Assembly (NCBI GenBank): GCA_965207065.1
Contig: OZ242260.1
Span: 1,312,001-1,376,000 of the forward strand
Length of the DNA: 64,000 nucleotides
From: a bacterium
GTDB taxonomy: Bacteria; UBA8248
Direction: 5' to 3'
Shown here: in pieces, positions 22,401 through 31,911 of the stretch
Position numbering within the stretch: the first letter of the stretch is position 1
Layout of the letters: each line of letters starts with the position of its first letter
Translations under genes and position numbers: made by a program
Notes under the pieces: generated by a model
What the model saw: only the letters and a program-made list of their open reading frames with translations
What the model was told of the DNA's origin: nothing
Database searches by the model: none

Positions 22401-23842
22401 TCGATAACCCGAATCCGCACATGGAGTGGGACGCGCTACCGGTTCGGGTGACTTCTGAAGCAATGGAATGGCCGGCTGCCGCCGCTCACCCGCACCGCGC
22501 GGGGGTGAGCGCATTCGCCCTTTCGGGGACGAACGCGCACGTCCTGGTGGAGGGGTATGGCGCGCCGGAGAGCGACCCCGCGGCAGGTGCCGGGCGGGGT
22601 TCCCCTGCGGGTTCAGCGCAGCCTGTCGCCGTAATGCTGCCGGAGTTGGTCCCGGAATCGCCGACGGCGGAGGGGTTACGCCCGCGCCGGATGCGGATGC
22701 TTCCGCTATCGGGCAAATCGGGCGATGCGCTTCGTAAACTGGCGGAACGGTATCTCTCCTGGATGGACGAGCGCGCTGAGGAGCTTTCCGCCGAAGACGC
22801 CATGCAGTCCGTATTGCCGGACATGGCATGGACGGCGTCCGTGGGGCGGAGCCATTTCGCGCACCGCGCGGGCGTCGTATTCGAGGACGCAACGTCGTTG
22901 CGGGAAGGATTGAGAGCGCTTGCGGAGTCAGACGAGTTCCCGAAGCCGCGGGCTGCGGCGCGGGTGGCCTTCGCATACGCCGGAGAAGACGGCATTCAGG
23001 TCGGCTTGGGTGAGGCGTTGTATGAGAGCGATCCGGTGGCGCGTGCGGTTCTGGACCACTGCGACGATGTGCTCCGGGTGGAGCGCGGCGCTTCGCTGCT
23101 GGACGTGATGTTCGGCCGCACTGGAGAACTGGACGACCCGGGGTGGGCGCAGCCGGCGGCCTTTGCGCTCGAATGTGCGCTCACGGCGCTTTGGGCGAGC
23201 GTCGGGATTCGGCCGAACGTGGTGTTCGGGGCAGGCGCGGGAGAGATAGCGGCGGCGCATGCGGCGGGCGTGTTCAGCCTGGAGGAGGGCTTGCGTTTCG
23301 CCGCAAGGCGCGGTGCGCTGATGGAGGCGCTCACGGGAGGCGAAGGACAGGAAGCGGCGCTCGACGAACTGGAAACGGCGCTCGAGGGCGTCGTAACGGC
23401 GTTGCCTTCACTTACGCTGGTGAACCAGGTGACAGGCCAGGCCCTCGGCCCGGGCGAAACGATGGATGCGGCGTACTGGCGACGACAAGCGCGTGAGCCA
23501 GCGGCGTTCGAGGGATGTGTGGGGACGCTCACGGAGTTGGGGGTGGAGGTCGTCGTGGAGATCGCCGTGGACTCGATATTGACGCAGCGGGTGGCATCGG
23601 CCTTGCCAGGGCCTGGAGGCGACGAAGGAGCGAGCGGGAATGGCGCCGCGCCGCCGGTGGTGTTTTCGAGCATAAGGCAATCGTCTGTAAGTGAGCACGG
23701 TTTCGTCGAGGCGGTAGCGCGGGCGTATGAGGCGGGACTCTCGATCGATTTTGCTTGGCTGTTCGCCGGAGAGGAGAGGCGGCGGATCTCGTTGCCGGGC
23801 TACCCGTTCCAACGCCTGCGCTTCTGGTTCGATGCAACTTAA
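13454..23842 (+). CDS. supA: SupA-type type I PKS: KS-AT-DH-MT-ER-KR-ACP-KS-AT(degenerate)
   Basis: KS1 [84 protein letters not shown]2 DMTCASS/HATGS/NIGH; GGAGG RBS at 13441; followed by ACP, PPTase, hydrolase and permease as in sponge-symbiont sup clusters. Confidence 0.92.
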   Translation: MSTGGNFRSSELPQTGAQASSRPGEPIAIVGMACRFPNAVGLPAFWRLLEAGENAVTRGDPGSGVGRVGVLFPDAEIQSEACRFGAYLEDIDQFDAAFFRISPVEAQLLDPQQRLMLETSWRALEDAGMDPERLRGSRTGVYGGVSNNEYRNLIMDVSDTAEPATSLYTVSGTSFNTAVGRVSFALGFEGPAIALDTACSSSLVAIHQAVAGLQRREADLALAGGVHTILSGRLLELRGNAGMLSPEGRCATFDAAANGYVRGEGCGIVVLKRLAEAEADGDRIWGVIRGSAINQDGASPGLTVPSGAAQERVIAEALSRAGIRPHEVDYLEAHGTGTEVGDPIELEAAAAAYGKGRAADRPLLIGSVKTNIGHLESSAGVAGLIKATLALKQGVIPKHLHFREPTPAVDWTRMSLRVTAEATQWPRHPEHPPRAGVSGFGWSGTNAHVIVERYETQEGDSTVGAMNEPVGSALPVAVSPPEPAADPPKASDGLLKRKARILPLSGKSEAALRDLAGRYLSWLDEREEALAPESAASEPLLSNMAWTTAVGRSHFTHRAGLLFGDAARLREGLNALAEGGEAPEVRTATRVAFLFTGQGSQWVGMGGDLYETEPVARAVLDRCEEVVREQRGASLLDVMFGRSEGNLNDTVWAQPAIYAIECAVTALWASLGVRPDVVVGHSVGEFGAAHAAGVFGLEDGMRAVMGRSEILASAPEAGTMAAVFASYPAVEAAVREYNESAGSERLAIAARNGAHQVLSGQVSAVEAVSERFEAEEVRVRPINTSQAFHSPLVEPGLDALEALFESVRIAPPSLATLVSNVTGRVVEPDEVLGGGYWRRHAREAVAFDRGVRTLANLGVDLVVEVGPHAVLGPMLSLAWPGPDEGGDDLVGDVEAPRVLASLQRPSQDEEKPADEMETSFPGAVAGAYEAGLDLSFQGLFAGEERRRISLPGYPFQRERYWVEAPKRRRRSVGLPLLGERHESASGEITFETEVLPSDPPWMTDHRVFGRVIAPGALYGAMAISASTAEGSGSMLVEDMQFHNALIFGEEDSEGGGAGREVQVLLDAPGDEPSRLVRIFSKGEAGEDWTLHAECRAPSGANAQQATEQVDLESMKAGLTPEDVPAFYRAKAGVGIDLGPSFRTLGRVWSRQGEALGEVYFPEALGANALDVHPLLLDGCFQVMGAARNPGGAEDGITYLPFGWERLWLADRLPDRLLCHVRMREAPTSQEPSAETGVGPEVFVGDFRLYDTTGVLVGELSGFMVKRATRAALLSALEGLDDLLYEVVWRESALAPGMLPADFFPSPGEIAERWGPFSDYLAAEGVDASLRPALLTDLSCMARHFALSALEKLGWERKAGAVVDTEDLRWRLGVKDEHGKLFRRMLEILAGAGVLEAAGDGFVVAVGAGAPLPEGIPGDPEEFAAGVSERYSYASNEIGLFRRSAGALAEVLRGEEDPLSLLFGSGEPSAADLYFKAPVWRAANRMLGDAVRTLVAGLPEGRRLRVIEVGAGTGSATESVLPELPEGRFDYTYTDISAGFFAQAEGLFSDGGGCIDYRVLDIEKDPVAQGFDFHGYDLVIASNVLHATRYLEETLTHCRALLAPSGHLVALENLCGQDWLDMTFGQLDGWWRFADERRPTYALAGPDVWRHSLDAAGFEGMEILGLGGSDSAEMPDRGVILAQLPEEVAERPGVWVLAADRGGEAEQLAAELASRNQTVVLASEAGSTNGSAADEKPGVIHTSVEMDSRESWGVLLEGLPGDAPLSGVVHLAALDGHGPGATTEEMAEDVKRVGASALALAQGLLDVDAAPGKGFWFLTRGAQVLERERGGELAGATLWGFAKVVAREASHMEPKLIDLDPEPTAPPTDIANELLYPDTENQIVHRGNRRRVARLVRTGEGAERLAFPEETGWLLGVGEEGALDGLQAPPPPLEPREVRVAVEAAGLNFWDVFAALGLIDEKFLGTEMCGHILEVGSEVSSASVGDRVVGVKRGARGMFGPESVTHEDLVAPAPADLSATALATIPTVFLSAALSYELAGLKAGDRVLIHAGAGGVGLAAIQLAQAAGAEVFATASAPKQGYLRSLGVEHVFDSRQTKFGEEILEATGGEGVDLILNSLTAEGFIDACLSCLAEGGRFVELAARDILSEEEMAAVRPDVAYYIVKLDAMKEDEPERPGALLREVMERVAAGGLKPLVHTRWPMAEARQAVEFMRDGRHIGKIVFANSPLTRGRLREDRTYLVTGGLGGIGCAVAGWLAERGAGAIVLNGRRPPDPEVEEAVELLRKRGFTVQVQLADVTDPDAVDEMLVRMDAELPPLGGVIHSVGVLSDGALGNQSWEKFEQVLWPKVLGAWRLHRATMTRDLDMFVLFSSAAGVLGNPGQANHAAANAFLDQLAVHRRALGLPGQAIAWGAWSEIGEAEEQRERISRSIEVTGVGWMTPQQGLRAFDRLVREDAANSMVLARDWSVFEKTLDNIPPFFEDLLSFTQDAESDSPALAEDLLSRLAETPAAEREALLVSFLQQELQAVLRLPSTPEPTVGFFDLGMDSLMAVELRNRLNRAFTDAYTAPNTVVFDYPDIAVLARHLAGELGDLGPAPAPQAQPEPERRPAAPRKEEQIAVVGMACRFPGAPDISAFWRLLEAGVDAVTDGRRDSGPWSGVAGDPEAEEAVYRRGGFIEGIDLFDARFFGIKPIEAWMMDPRQRMLLETSWEALEDAGIDPAPLKGTRAGVYVGLGGSEYRDLVTASGLEDSYLGTAPSVTIGRVAFALGLMGPAVPLDMTCASSLVAVHQAAAALRRGEVDLALSGGVNAVLSLPITKFMAEFGMLSPSGLCRTFDATADGFVRGEGCGIVVMKRLSDAEADGDRIWGLVRGSAVNQNGASAALTVPNGTAQEQVLEDALARSGFPPSEVDYLEAHATGSQLGDPIEVRASAAVYGRGRTADRPLLLGTAKTNIGHLESAAGIAGLIKVLLAMKHGVIPKHLHFDNPNPHMEWDALPVRVTSEAMEWPAAAAHPHRAGVSAFALSGTNAHVLVEGYGAPESDPAAGAGRGSPAGSAQPVAVMLPELVPESPTAEGLRPRRMRMLPLSGKSGDALRKLAERYLSWMDERAEELSAEDAMQSVLPDMAWTASVGRSHFAHRAGVVFEDATSLREGLRALAESDEFPKPRAAARVAFAYAGEDGIQVGLGEALYESDPVARAVLDHCDDVLRVERGASLLDVMFGRTGELDDPGWAQPAAFALECALTALWASVGIRPNVVFGAGAGEIAAAHAAGVFSLEEGLRFAARRGALMEALTGGEGQEAALDELETALEGVVTALPSLTLVNQVTGQALGPGETMDAAYWRRQAREPAAFEGCVGTLTELGVEVVVEIAVDSILTQRVASALPGPGGDEGASGNGAAPPVVFSSIRQSSVSEHGFVEAVARAYEAGLSIDFAWLFAGEERRRISLPGYPFQRLRFWFDAT

Positions 23843-23847
23843 AAAAC

Positions 23848-23875
23848 TTGACAAGCATGTCCGGTGGGCTATGAT
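23848..23875 (+). promoter_or_regulatory. Sigma70-type promoter upstream of the ACP gene
   Basis: TTGACA-N16-TATGAT. Confidence 0.65.
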
Positions 23876-23931
23876 CTGACTTCATTTTCAATCACCGTCC
23901 TGTGCTTTTTCTAAAGAAAGGAAACGCGACT

Positions 23932-24153
23932 ATGGCGTCAATTGAAGAACGTGTAGGAGATCTTGCAGAGAAACATCTGGGCATTTCGGATCGGGCGATG
24001 CTGGATGCAAGCGTCGGCGAACTCGGTATTAATTCGATGGATGCCGTGAATTTTCTCAAGACTGTCAATCAGGAATTCGGGGTCGATATTTCTCCCGACG
24101 AAGCCGCAGGTTTCAACAACTTCAGAGACTTGATCAACCATCTTGGAGGTTGA
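23932..24153 (+). CDS. supB: Free-standing acyl carrier protein
   Basis: 73 aa, acidic, LGINSMD Ppant motif, EFGVDI. Confidence 0.88.
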   Translation: MASIEERVGDLAEKHLGISDRAMLDASVGELGINSMDAVNFLKTVNQEFGVDISPDEAAGFNNFRDLINHLGG

Positions 24154-24314
24154 AACCGAACCCTGTTGTGCATGGCCCTTCACTTGGGCGAAAAACACAG
24201 GATTTCGGAGATCATTTCGTTTCATACGGGAACCGGGGCCAGTCCCGCGAGTCTGGCTCCGGTTTTGAGACGCATAGGTGACGACTCCGGCGCTCGCGGA
24301 AAGATTGAAAGACC

Positions 24315-25055
24315 ATGTCTGCTGACGCCCTCGATTCCTGGTTCCGAACGTTTCATGAAATGGATGACATTCTCGTCGTGCATGTCGACCTGACGCCTCA
24401 TGAGGCTCGCGAGGCGCACGCTTTTGCCTGGCTTGACGAGAAAGAACGGGCTCGCTGGCGCCGATACCGATATAACCGCCCCCGGGGCGAATTCACCCTG
24501 TGCCGCGGGGCGCTGCGCTCCATACTTTGCTCCCGGCTCGGGTGCAAGAACGAACGTCTCTCGTTCGACGTATTGAAGCATGGGAAACCGTTCGCGCTGG
24601 TGGACGGAATTGCGGCTCCCGTCAGCTTCAACGTCAGTCACGGCGGCAAATATGGATTGATAGCGCTTGCGCCGCAGGGGCGGCTCGGCGTGGACGTGGA
24701 GGAGCGCGTCGCTCGCTTCGATCTCGATGGAATGAGCGAGTTCGTGTTCAGCCCAGGCGAGCAAGCCGACTTCGCAGCGGTGCGTGGACAAGTAAAATTT
24801 CATTTGTTCTTCACGCTCTGGACGCTCAAAGAGGCGCTCATCAAGGCCCTCGGAACGGGGTTTTCCCTGGATCCGTCCCGGTTTGAAATTCCATCGGCCA
24901 TGCGGCGAGGCGCAAGAAAGGGCATGTTCCGATTCCCCCACATACCGGATGTCGGGTGGAGACTCGAAAATCTGGGCAATCCGGATTTCGCCGCCGCCAT
25001 CGCCTATGAAGCGGATCTAGCTCTCGTTCGGGGGGCGAGCGAGGGGTCTCGATGA
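24315..25055 (+). CDS. supC: Sfp-type 4'-phosphopantetheinyl transferase
   Basis: HGKP, FNVSH, LGVDVE, WTLKEALIKALG. Confidence 0.92.
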   Translation: MSADALDSWFRTFHEMDDILVVHVDLTPHEAREAHAFAWLDEKERARWRRYRYNRPRGEFTLCRGALRSILCSRLGCKNERLSFDVLKHGKPFALVDGIAAPVSFNVSHGGKYGLIALAPQGRLGVDVEERVARFDLDGMSEFVFSPGEQADFAAVRGQVKFHLFFTLWTLKEALIKALGTGFSLDPSRFEIPSAMRRGARKGMFRFPHIPDVGWRLENLGNPDFAAAIAYEADLALVRGASEGSR

Positions 25056-25966
25056 CGAATTCGGAAAAAATATGGGAGATCCCCGAACCGCTCTCCGTTC
25101 ACGAAATTCAGATGGAAGACGAGACCGTCATCATCCTGCGGTGCCACGGGAATCCGGCGGGCCCCAGGCTCGTTCTGAGCCACGGCAACGGTCTCGCGAC
25201 CGATCTCTACTACCCCTTCTGGTCATTGCTCACTGAGGAATTCGATCTGATCCTGTATGACCTGAGGAACCATGGCTGGAACCCCGTCGGTCCGCAAAGA
25301 GGACATAACCTCCCTTCCTTCGTCGATGACCACGACCGCATTCTCGAAGAAATCGACTCAGAGTACGGTGAGAAGCCGAAAATCGGCGTGTTTCACTCCG
25401 TTTCGGCGTTGACTTCGCTTCTCTCGCCCACCCATGGCAGCGGGTTCGCGGCGCGCGTTCTGTTCGATCCACCGGTGTGCAAGCCCGATGATTACCCCGA
25501 AGAGTTCGACGTGGCCACCAGGCGAATTTTCGAGATGACCCTGCGCCGCACCGAAAAATTCAGTTCCATCGAAGAATGCGCGGATTTCCTGCGCTACATG
25601 CCAGCATTCAGCCGCGTCGTTCCTGGAATTCGTAATCTCTTTGCAAGGACGACGCTTCGTGAATCCGCAAACGGGCGGGGTTATGAACTAAGGTGTCCCC
25701 GCGAGTACGAAGCGCAGATCATCAACCACGCCAGGGCTTTCGCCGTATGGGTGGATTTGGATTCGCTTCACTGCCCGACGAAAGTCATCGGCGCCGACCC
25801 CATCCTGCCGTACTCGTTCCTGCCGACTTTCGACCTGAGTCATATATCGAGCGTGGACTATGATTTCCTGCCCGATGCGACGCATTTTCTTCAAATCGAA
25901 CAACCCGAGGAATGCGTAGAAGTTGTGCGGGAGTTTCTCGAGTTTCACGACCTCCTGAATCCGTGA
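25052..25966 (+). CDS. supD: Alpha/beta hydrolase
   Basis: SHGNG, YDLRNHG, FHSVS nucleophile elbow, THFLQIE; ATGA overlap with the PPTase. Confidence 0.85.
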   Translation: MTNSEKIWEIPEPLSVHEIQMEDETVIILRCHGNPAGPRLVLSHGNGLATDLYYPFWSLLTEEFDLILYDLRNHGWNPVGPQRGHNLPSFVDDHDRILEEIDSEYGEKPKIGVFHSVSALTSLLSPTHGSGFAARVLFDPPVCKPDDYPEEFDVATRRIFEMTLRRTEKFSSIEECADFLRYMPAFSRVVPGIRNLFARTTLRESANGRGYELRCPREYEAQIINHARAFAVWVDLDSLHCPTKVIGADPILPYSFLPTFDLSHISSVDYDFLPDATHFLQIEQPEECVEVVREFLEFHDLLNP

Positions 25967-26030
25967 ATCCACAGATGAGAATGACAAATGTGGTCACGAA
26001 GAACCTCCAATACCTGACATCGGTCGCGCC

Positions 26031-27761
26031 ATGAGTTCGAAAGATTCGGGCCTCCGCTATCAGGCCGACGAAAAACCACCGGTAACACTCGCCTTCGGCC
26101 TGGGTCTGCAGCTCACCGCTCTCAGCGTATCCGCTACGATATTGATTACGACAGTCATCATGCGGGCCGCCGGCCAAAGCGAAGCCTATCTGGCATGGGC
26201 CGTGTTCACCGCCGTCGCGATCGGAGGCGCCGCCACGATGCTCCAGGCGCACCGGCTCGGTAGATTCGGCATGGGACACGTGCTCATGATGGGCAGTTCA
26301 GCGGCCTTCATCGCGGTCGGCATCGAGGCGCTTACGAAGGGCGGTCCCACCACCCTCGCCACACTGGTAATCGCCTCGGGGCTCTTCCAGCTCGTCATAT
26401 CCGACAGACTCTCGTTGTTTCGGCGGATCCTGACACCGGCCGTCTCGGGAACGGTGCTCATGCTGATACCGGTTTCGGTGATGTCGGCAGTTTTCAATCT
26501 GCTGAAGGACGTCCCGCAGGGAAGCCCGGTTATCGGCGCTCCGCTGAGCGCGCTGGCGACTGTGCTCGTCATATGCGGCCTCACGCTCAAGGCGAGTGGA
26601 ACGCTTCGCCTCTGGGCGCCTGTCATCGGCGTTCTCGCAGGCTCGCTCGCCGCCGTCTTTTTCGGTATTTACGACACGGCGCGCGTCGTAGAAGCCTCGT
26701 GGGCCGGTTTGCCCCCGGTCGAATGGCCGGGCTTCAATCTGCGATTCGGGCCGGTTTTCTGGTCGCTTCTTCCGGGGTTCCTGCTGGCGGCCACCATCGG
26801 CTCCATCCGGACGATCAGCAGCGCCGCCGCCGCTCAACGCGTCTCCTGGCGCGGGCCCCGGGCGGTGGATTTCCGGGACGTGCAAGGCGCTGTGGCCGCT
26901 GACGGTCTGAGCAATCTACTCTCCGGCCTCGCGGGAACGGCGCCGAACACATCCTACACGACTGGCGCATCCCTGGCCCAACTCACCGGAGTCGCGAGCC
27001 GACACGTCGGGATAGCCGCAGGCGCGGTGTTCCTGGCGCTGGCGTTTCTGCCGAAGGCGCTCGCACTGATGCTGGCGATACCGGGGCCGGTCTTCGCCGC
27101 TTTTCTTCTCATCATGATCGCTATGCTCTTCATGGTCGGTGTGCAGATGATTCTTCAGGACGGGGTCGACTACCGCAAGAGCCTGATCGTCGGCGTCTCG
27201 TTCTGGCTCGGCGTGGCTTTTCAGAGCGGCGTCATTTTCCCGGAGTTTTTCTCGAAATTCGCGGGCGGCCTCATGAACAACGGCATGACGGCCGGCGGCA
27301 TCGTCGCCATCCTCATGACCCTGTTCGTGGAGATCACCGAACCCCGCCCCAGCCGAATGGAAGCGCCGCTCGACACCTCGTCCCTACCGGGGTTCAGGGA
27401 GTTTCTCGGCCAGTTCGCCACCAAAGGCGGCTGGGACGAGGCGATGTCGAAACGCCTGGGCGGCGTCTGCGAGGAGATTCTGCTGACGCTGCTCGGGCCG
27501 GACGAGGGAGAGGAGCAAAATGGAGGGTGGCTGGTGTTGCTCGCGAAAAAAGACGGCGCCGCAGCGGTTCTCGAGTTTATCGCCGCGGCGGGTGAGGCGG
27601 GGAATCTCGAGGATCGAGTCGCGCTGCTCGGTGAGCAGGCGGAAGATACCCATTTGGAGGAAGAAGTATCTCTGCGGCTTTTGCACCATCACTCGGCTTC
27701 GGTTCGCCACCAGCAATACCACGGGGTGGACATCGTGACCGTCCGCGTGGAAGCGCCATAG
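26031..27761 (+). CDS. supE: Xanthine/uracil/vitamin C (NCS2) permease-like protein with soluble C-terminal domain
   Basis: Many TM segments; Y..DEKPP N-terminus, ADGLSNLLSGLAGT, LTGVASR; position in the sup cluster. Confidence 0.82.
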   Translation: MSSKDSGLRYQADEKPPVTLAFGLGLQLTALSVSATILITTVIMRAAGQSEAYLAWAVFTAVAIGGAATMLQAHRLGRFGMGHVLMMGSSAAFIAVGIEALTKGGPTTLATLVIASGLFQLVISDRLSLFRRILTPAVSGTVLMLIPVSVMSAVFNLLKDVPQGSPVIGAPLSALATVLVICGLTLKASGTLRLWAPVIGVLAGSLAAVFFGIYDTARVVEASWAGLPPVEWPGFNLRFGPVFWSLLPGFLLAATIGSIRTISSAAAAQRVSWRGPRAVDFRDVQGAVAADGLSNLLSGLAGTAPNTSYTTGASLAQLTGVASRHVGIAAGAVFLALAFLPKALALMLAIPGPVFAAFLLIMIAMLFMVGVQMILQDGVDYRKSLIVGVSFWLGVAFQSGVIFPEFFSKFAGGLMNNGMTAGGIVAILMTLFVEITEPRPSRMEAPLDTSSLPGFREFLGQFATKGGWDEAMSKRLGGVCEEILLTLLGPDEGEEQNGGWLVLLAKKDGAAAVLEFIAAAGEAGNLEDRVALLGEQAEDTHLEEEVSLRLLHHHSASVRHQQYHGVDIVTVRVEAP

Positions 27762-28060
27762 CCGGTCGTTCGCGCACAAACGAGAAGAATCATATACATG
27801 GCTCGCAGCGGGATTCCGGGCTTTGGATTCTACAGAGAACGACGTATCACTTCCTCTTGTCGTGAACCTTCCTGGCGCGGGCGGCCACCGTCGCGCCATG
27901 CCGCTATCATCGATGCGGGTGGCGGGACGACCCGCAATCTTCGGGGTCCGCGGGCTTGTCGGAATGCGGATGCTTTACCTATAATTGCGATATGGGTTTC
28001 GCGACACACGACCGCTTCAGAATCTTGCGTTTGCGACCACCGGGAAAGGGATACACATTC

Positions 28061-28288
28061 ATGTCGACAACACAGACCCGCATCAAACAAATCGTTGCGC
28101 ACACTCTCGACCTCGACCATGAGCTGGATTTCAATGCCCAGCTCAGCGAATCAGAAGTTACCTCAATGGAGGCGGTCGCTTTCTTCAAACTGGTCGACAA
28201 GCAGTTCGGCCTTGAGTTGGCCATAGAGGACTTCGCGAAGTTCCAGACCCTGCAGGATATCGTAGAACATATCGACGCACGCGGCTGA
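28061..28288 (+). CDS. Second free-standing acyl carrier protein
   Basis: 75 aa, VTSMEAV Ser motif, QFGLEL, FQTLQDIVEHI; similar to the ACP at 23932. Confidence 0.82.
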   Translation: MSTTQTRIKQIVAHTLDLDHELDFNAQLSESEVTSMEAVAFFKLVDKQFGLELAIEDFAKFQTLQDIVEHIDARG

Positions 28289-28329
28289 TCGGCGTTCCTC
28301 GACGCTCGGGCGCAGCCAAGCCGCCGGAT

Positions 28330-28470
28330 ATGCCGAAAGAAGCGCATTGGACGATACCCGATCCTGTTTCGACATGCGAAGTCCGACTCGACGAACATGC
28401 TGCAACCACGGTGCGGCGACACGGCAATCCGGCCGGTTCCCGGCTCGTCCTGACCCACGGCAACGGTTTC
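28330..28470 (+). pseudogene. 5' fragment of a second SupD-like hydrolase
   Basis: WTIPDP..EVRLD..HGNPAGSRLVLTHGNG matches the N-terminus of 25052-25966, then similarity stops. Confidence 0.75.
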
Positions 28471-28679
28471 TCTGACATCAAGTTCAACAGTCTGCGGGAC
28501 ATCCCCCGTCGAGGGCAGGCCAGGAGCCAAGGGGTTGGTTTTATGGGGTTTCCCTCTCAAGGGGGTTGCCTTGACCCACTCAATAGCTATTTCAACAGCC
28601 CCGACAAGGGGGATTGGGGTCGAACGCGACCGGGGAGGGAGCGTTCGCTCCCTCGACAAAGGCCTGTTCAACAACCTCG

Positions 28680-29855
28680 TCAGGAGCTGTCTGCGGTCGT
28701 GGCGTCCCGCGCGGCCAACCTCTTGTCGACTATCTCCTGAAACACCATCAAGAGCCCTTCCTCGAGACCCAGCATGTGGGTTTCGTTGACTCCGTTCATC
28801 AGGTTGGCCTGAACCCGTTCCGCCATCGTGTAATCTTCGTCGTCTAAAAAGACCTCCGTGTAGAGGAGGCGGTTGCGCAACGCTTTCTCCCCCGACTCCC
28901 CGACGTATTTATCGGGAAGATAGAGCAGTTCCTGCGACCAGAGCGTTCTATCCGGAGCCAGCGGCAGGAACCTGGTGATTAAAATATTGTCATCGTGCAC
29001 CATGATGATCGTGTTGGGGAACAGAACATAAAAAAGCACTGCGAAGTCGAGCAGCTTTTTCTGTTTCTCCGGGACGTTTTCCGCATCCAGCAAGTTTGTT
29101 TTTCCGCCCATAACGCGCAGATGAGGCCCCTCCGCGTCGAAAGAAAGAAAACCTTCGCGGAAATACGGAGCCAAGGTTCCTTTGTGCAGATGCGCAACGT
29201 GGTAGCCTTCCAGGTTCATATGAACAAGAAGCTTCCAGTTGGCCTTTTTCTCCGTCACGACCCTTTCGTAGCTGACGAAACGCTCAATATGGAACTCCGC
29301 GAAATCTTCCGCGTAAGCGCCCAGATACTGAGCCGGATCGAACGGTTCATGCCGAGTCGGGTGAACCCATACGAATCCCGCGCTCTCCGCCACCGAACAC
29401 TCTTTCAGGCCGTAGTCCCGTTTGTCGAGGCAAGGAAAGGCGAATGACCTCGGAATTCCGCGCAGCGCGCCGTCCAGGCCATATGTCCACCCGTGAAACG
29501 GGCAAACCAACGCCCGTAACGGTTCGTCGTTCTCCCTGACAATAAGCGGCGCCCCCCGATGGCGGCAGGTGTTAAGAAATGCCCGAAGCACGCCGTCTTC
29601 GCCCCGGACGACGAAATACGGCTGGCGCGTCCAGTCGCTGAGCATGTAAGAACCAGGCTCACGAACGCTGTCCACGTGCCCGGCCATTAACGGGCTGTCG
29701 AAAAACAGCGTCTCGAGCTCGCGTTCGAAGATCTCCTGGCTGGTATAGACGTCCAGGGGCAGACGCAAGACCTTGTCGCTAATGAACTGGTCTTCGCGTC
29801 GCTTGCGTAGTTCAACCATTCTGTCGAGCAACGCCATCTGACGCTCGCGTTTCAT
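28680..29855 (-). CDS. Rieske non-heme iron oxygenase alpha subunit
   Basis: CRH...CPFHGW Rieske ligands; ANWK, EGYHVAHLH and EDY mononuclear Fe site. Confidence 0.92.
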   Translation of the reverse strand: MKRERQMALLDRMVELRKRREDQFISDKVLRLPLDVYTSQEIFERELETLFFDSPLMAGHVDSVREPGSYMLSDWTRQPYFVVRGEDGVLRAFLNTCRHRGAPLIVRENDEPLRALVCPFHGWTYGLDGALRGIPRSFAFPCLDKRDYGLKECSVAESAGFVWVHPTRHEPFDPAQYLGAYAEDFAEFHIERFVSYERVVTEKKANWKLLVHMNLEGYHVAHLHKGTLAPYFREGFLSFDAEGPHLRVMGGKTNLLDAENVPEKQKKLLDFAVLFYVLFPNTIIMVHDDNILITRFLPLAPDRTLWSQELLYLPDKYVGESGEKALRNRLLYTEVFLDDEDYTMAERVQANLMNGVNETHMLGLEEGLLMVFQEIVDKRLAARDATTADSS

Positions 29856-30318
29856 CGTTCCACGCGCTCCTTTGGTTGAGGTCGAAAGTCTCGTTCGTGC
29901 ACTCCAGCCCGTTTTGTTCACGGCGCGTGTCGTATCCTGGAGGCCGTTCAGCCGCAGATCATCGCAATGGCATGGTAATTTTATACCAAATATTCTTATA
30001 TTACCAGTAATAAATGCGCTACGCGACTATGATTCACAATAGTTTTCTCCCGTTCGCTCTGCAACCCGTCAAACGAAAGACGGCGAACTCCGATCCCGGG
30101 GGTGGCCCGATCTTTCCGCGCAGCGACCGGATTCTGGTTCGCGGGGTGTAGGCTCGGAATGGGCGTGGCAGCGGATCGAAGAGAGGCAAGGTGTCCGGGG
30201 TGCGCGATTCGATGGATGGTGAGCACGGCGCCGGGAGGGCTGTCGAGGAAGTTTGGGGCGAAGCGTCCACACGAGCGTTGCCCTTCAATCGCGCCGGAGC
30301 AGTTGCTTCAAGCGGTCT

Positions 30319-31296
30319 TCAACCGGCCCGGGGAGAGCGTTCGCGCCGGATCGTACGACGGTCGCGGTCGTCGAAAAAGGCGCATTCCGCGAGAAGGTCG
30401 CCGTCGCGCGCGCCGGCTTCCGCGATCTCGATATGCTGCCGGGTGAACGGTTTATACGGGAAGAACCCCTTCCCGTACTTTTCCACGGGGTATTCGAGGT
30501 TTTTCGCCCGCTTGAGGTCGTAGTGCGAGCCCGCATCAATGAAGCGCATCACGTAGGCCGCGCGCCTGGGAAGCGCTCCCTCACCGAGCATGATGCTCCG
30601 GTGGACGACCATTTTGTTGAACAGGAGCACGTCGCCGGGCTGGAAATCGTCTTCGACCTGGTGACTCTCGAATATCTCGCACATGGTCGGTGAATTGAGG
30701 ATGCCGATACGCAGGGCGAAGTAATCATTTATGCTCGTCCTGACTCCGGCTTGCTCCTTGGCCTTCAGCGTCGAGACAATCGCCGGCTCCAGCTGGTTGT
30801 AGACGAAATCGGACGATACGACGTTCTGGGGGACATAAGCCATCCCGCCCCTTTGGCCCTTCGTATCCACGGGATGCAGCGGCGCCCACAGCGTGGACGC
30901 GAATTCCTCAGCGAACTGATAGCCGAAACTCTCCACGCCGACATGCCAGGGAAGCCCCTTGTTGACGTTCTTTTCGATCTCGAAGCACAGTTCGGTGATC
31001 AGGAAGAGGTCGCGTTCGGCCAGATCTGTCAGAGCCCGCCGGAAGTAAGGGCGCGCCATCAGTTCATAGACTTCCGATTTATCCGTCTCGAAGTCATACT
31101 TCGCTCGGGTGAAGAGTTTCTCGACCTTGAAATTTTCGGGGGCGCCCCGGTTCATTTCGACTTCGATACGCTCAAGCAGCGCCTCGACCACGTCGGCGTT
31201 CAGGAACCCTTCCAGTTTGACGAAGCCGTCGCGCTGAAACTTCTCCTTCTGCTCGGGGGTGATGTGGAACTCGGTGTCAAATGGATGACTGGTCAT
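30319..31296 (-). CDS. PhyH-fold Fe(II)/2-oxoglutarate enzyme, halogenase-type HxG motif
   Basis: FQRDGFVKL; PWHVG; PGDVLLF..VVHRS; RRAAY. Confidence 0.8.
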   Translation of the reverse strand: MTSHPFDTEFHITPEQKEKFQRDGFVKLEGFLNADVVEALLERIEVEMNRGAPENFKVEKLFTRAKYDFETDKSEVYELMARPYFRRALTDLAERDLFLITELCFEIEKNVNKGLPWHVGVESFGYQFAEEFASTLWAPLHPVDTKGQRGGMAYVPQNVVSSDFVYNQLEPAIVSTLKAKEQAGVRTSINDYFALRIGILNSPTMCEIFESHQVEDDFQPGDVLLFNKMVVHRSIMLGEGALPRRAAYVMRFIDAGSHYDLKRAKNLEYPVEKYGKGFFPYKPFTRQHIEIAEAGARDGDLLAECAFFDDRDRRTIRRERSPRAG

Positions 31297-31911
31297 GTTT
31301 GAGTCCTCTTTCGTGATATGCATTTTGAGTAAATCCGGTCGAGCAGAATCAAATTAGCACAACAAGGCGGCGAGGGGATAGTTCTTTGTGAGCCGGGGCG
31401 GGAAGGGTCTTTCCGCTGCGATTCGCCGGATGACCGAGCGGCACGGGAGCATCCGTTGCGAGCGATTCGAGGCGTGGTGAGCGCGGCGAGAAAGCAAGAG
31501 CGCCGTGCGGCGTCCCCCCGTCGAACCTCGCGGCCTCGCGTCGTGCGGAGGCCGCGCTGGTTCCAGGGACGCCGTTCATGGGTAAGGTGGCTTCGGGGGG
31601 GATTCGGACGCGGGACGCCGAATCAGGGATGAATGATTCCGTCGAAGCAGGCAGTCCCTCTTGCCGCCACGATATCCAGATTGTCGGCGGATGACCGGAA
31701 TTCCGCTGGTCATTCCATGCGGATATCACTGGCCACATATTGAATTTGACCGACCTCTTTTCATGGGCCGCACCGAAACACCGAGCACATGGCATCGCGA
31801 TGTAGCGCTATACATGCTCGGGAAATTCTTGCAATATAGAACCATGGCATGCAGTCCACCGGGACGACGACCGACGTAAACGGTCGAGTAGACCGGAAAG
31901 CTGCATGGTAA

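Noticed and set aside
28470-28680. IS-end or REP-like words (TTTCAACAGCCCC, CCCTCTCAAGGGGG; similar near 555, 47262, 59568)
   Set aside because: Short and degenerate, with no paired ends or transposase; cannot be delimited as elements
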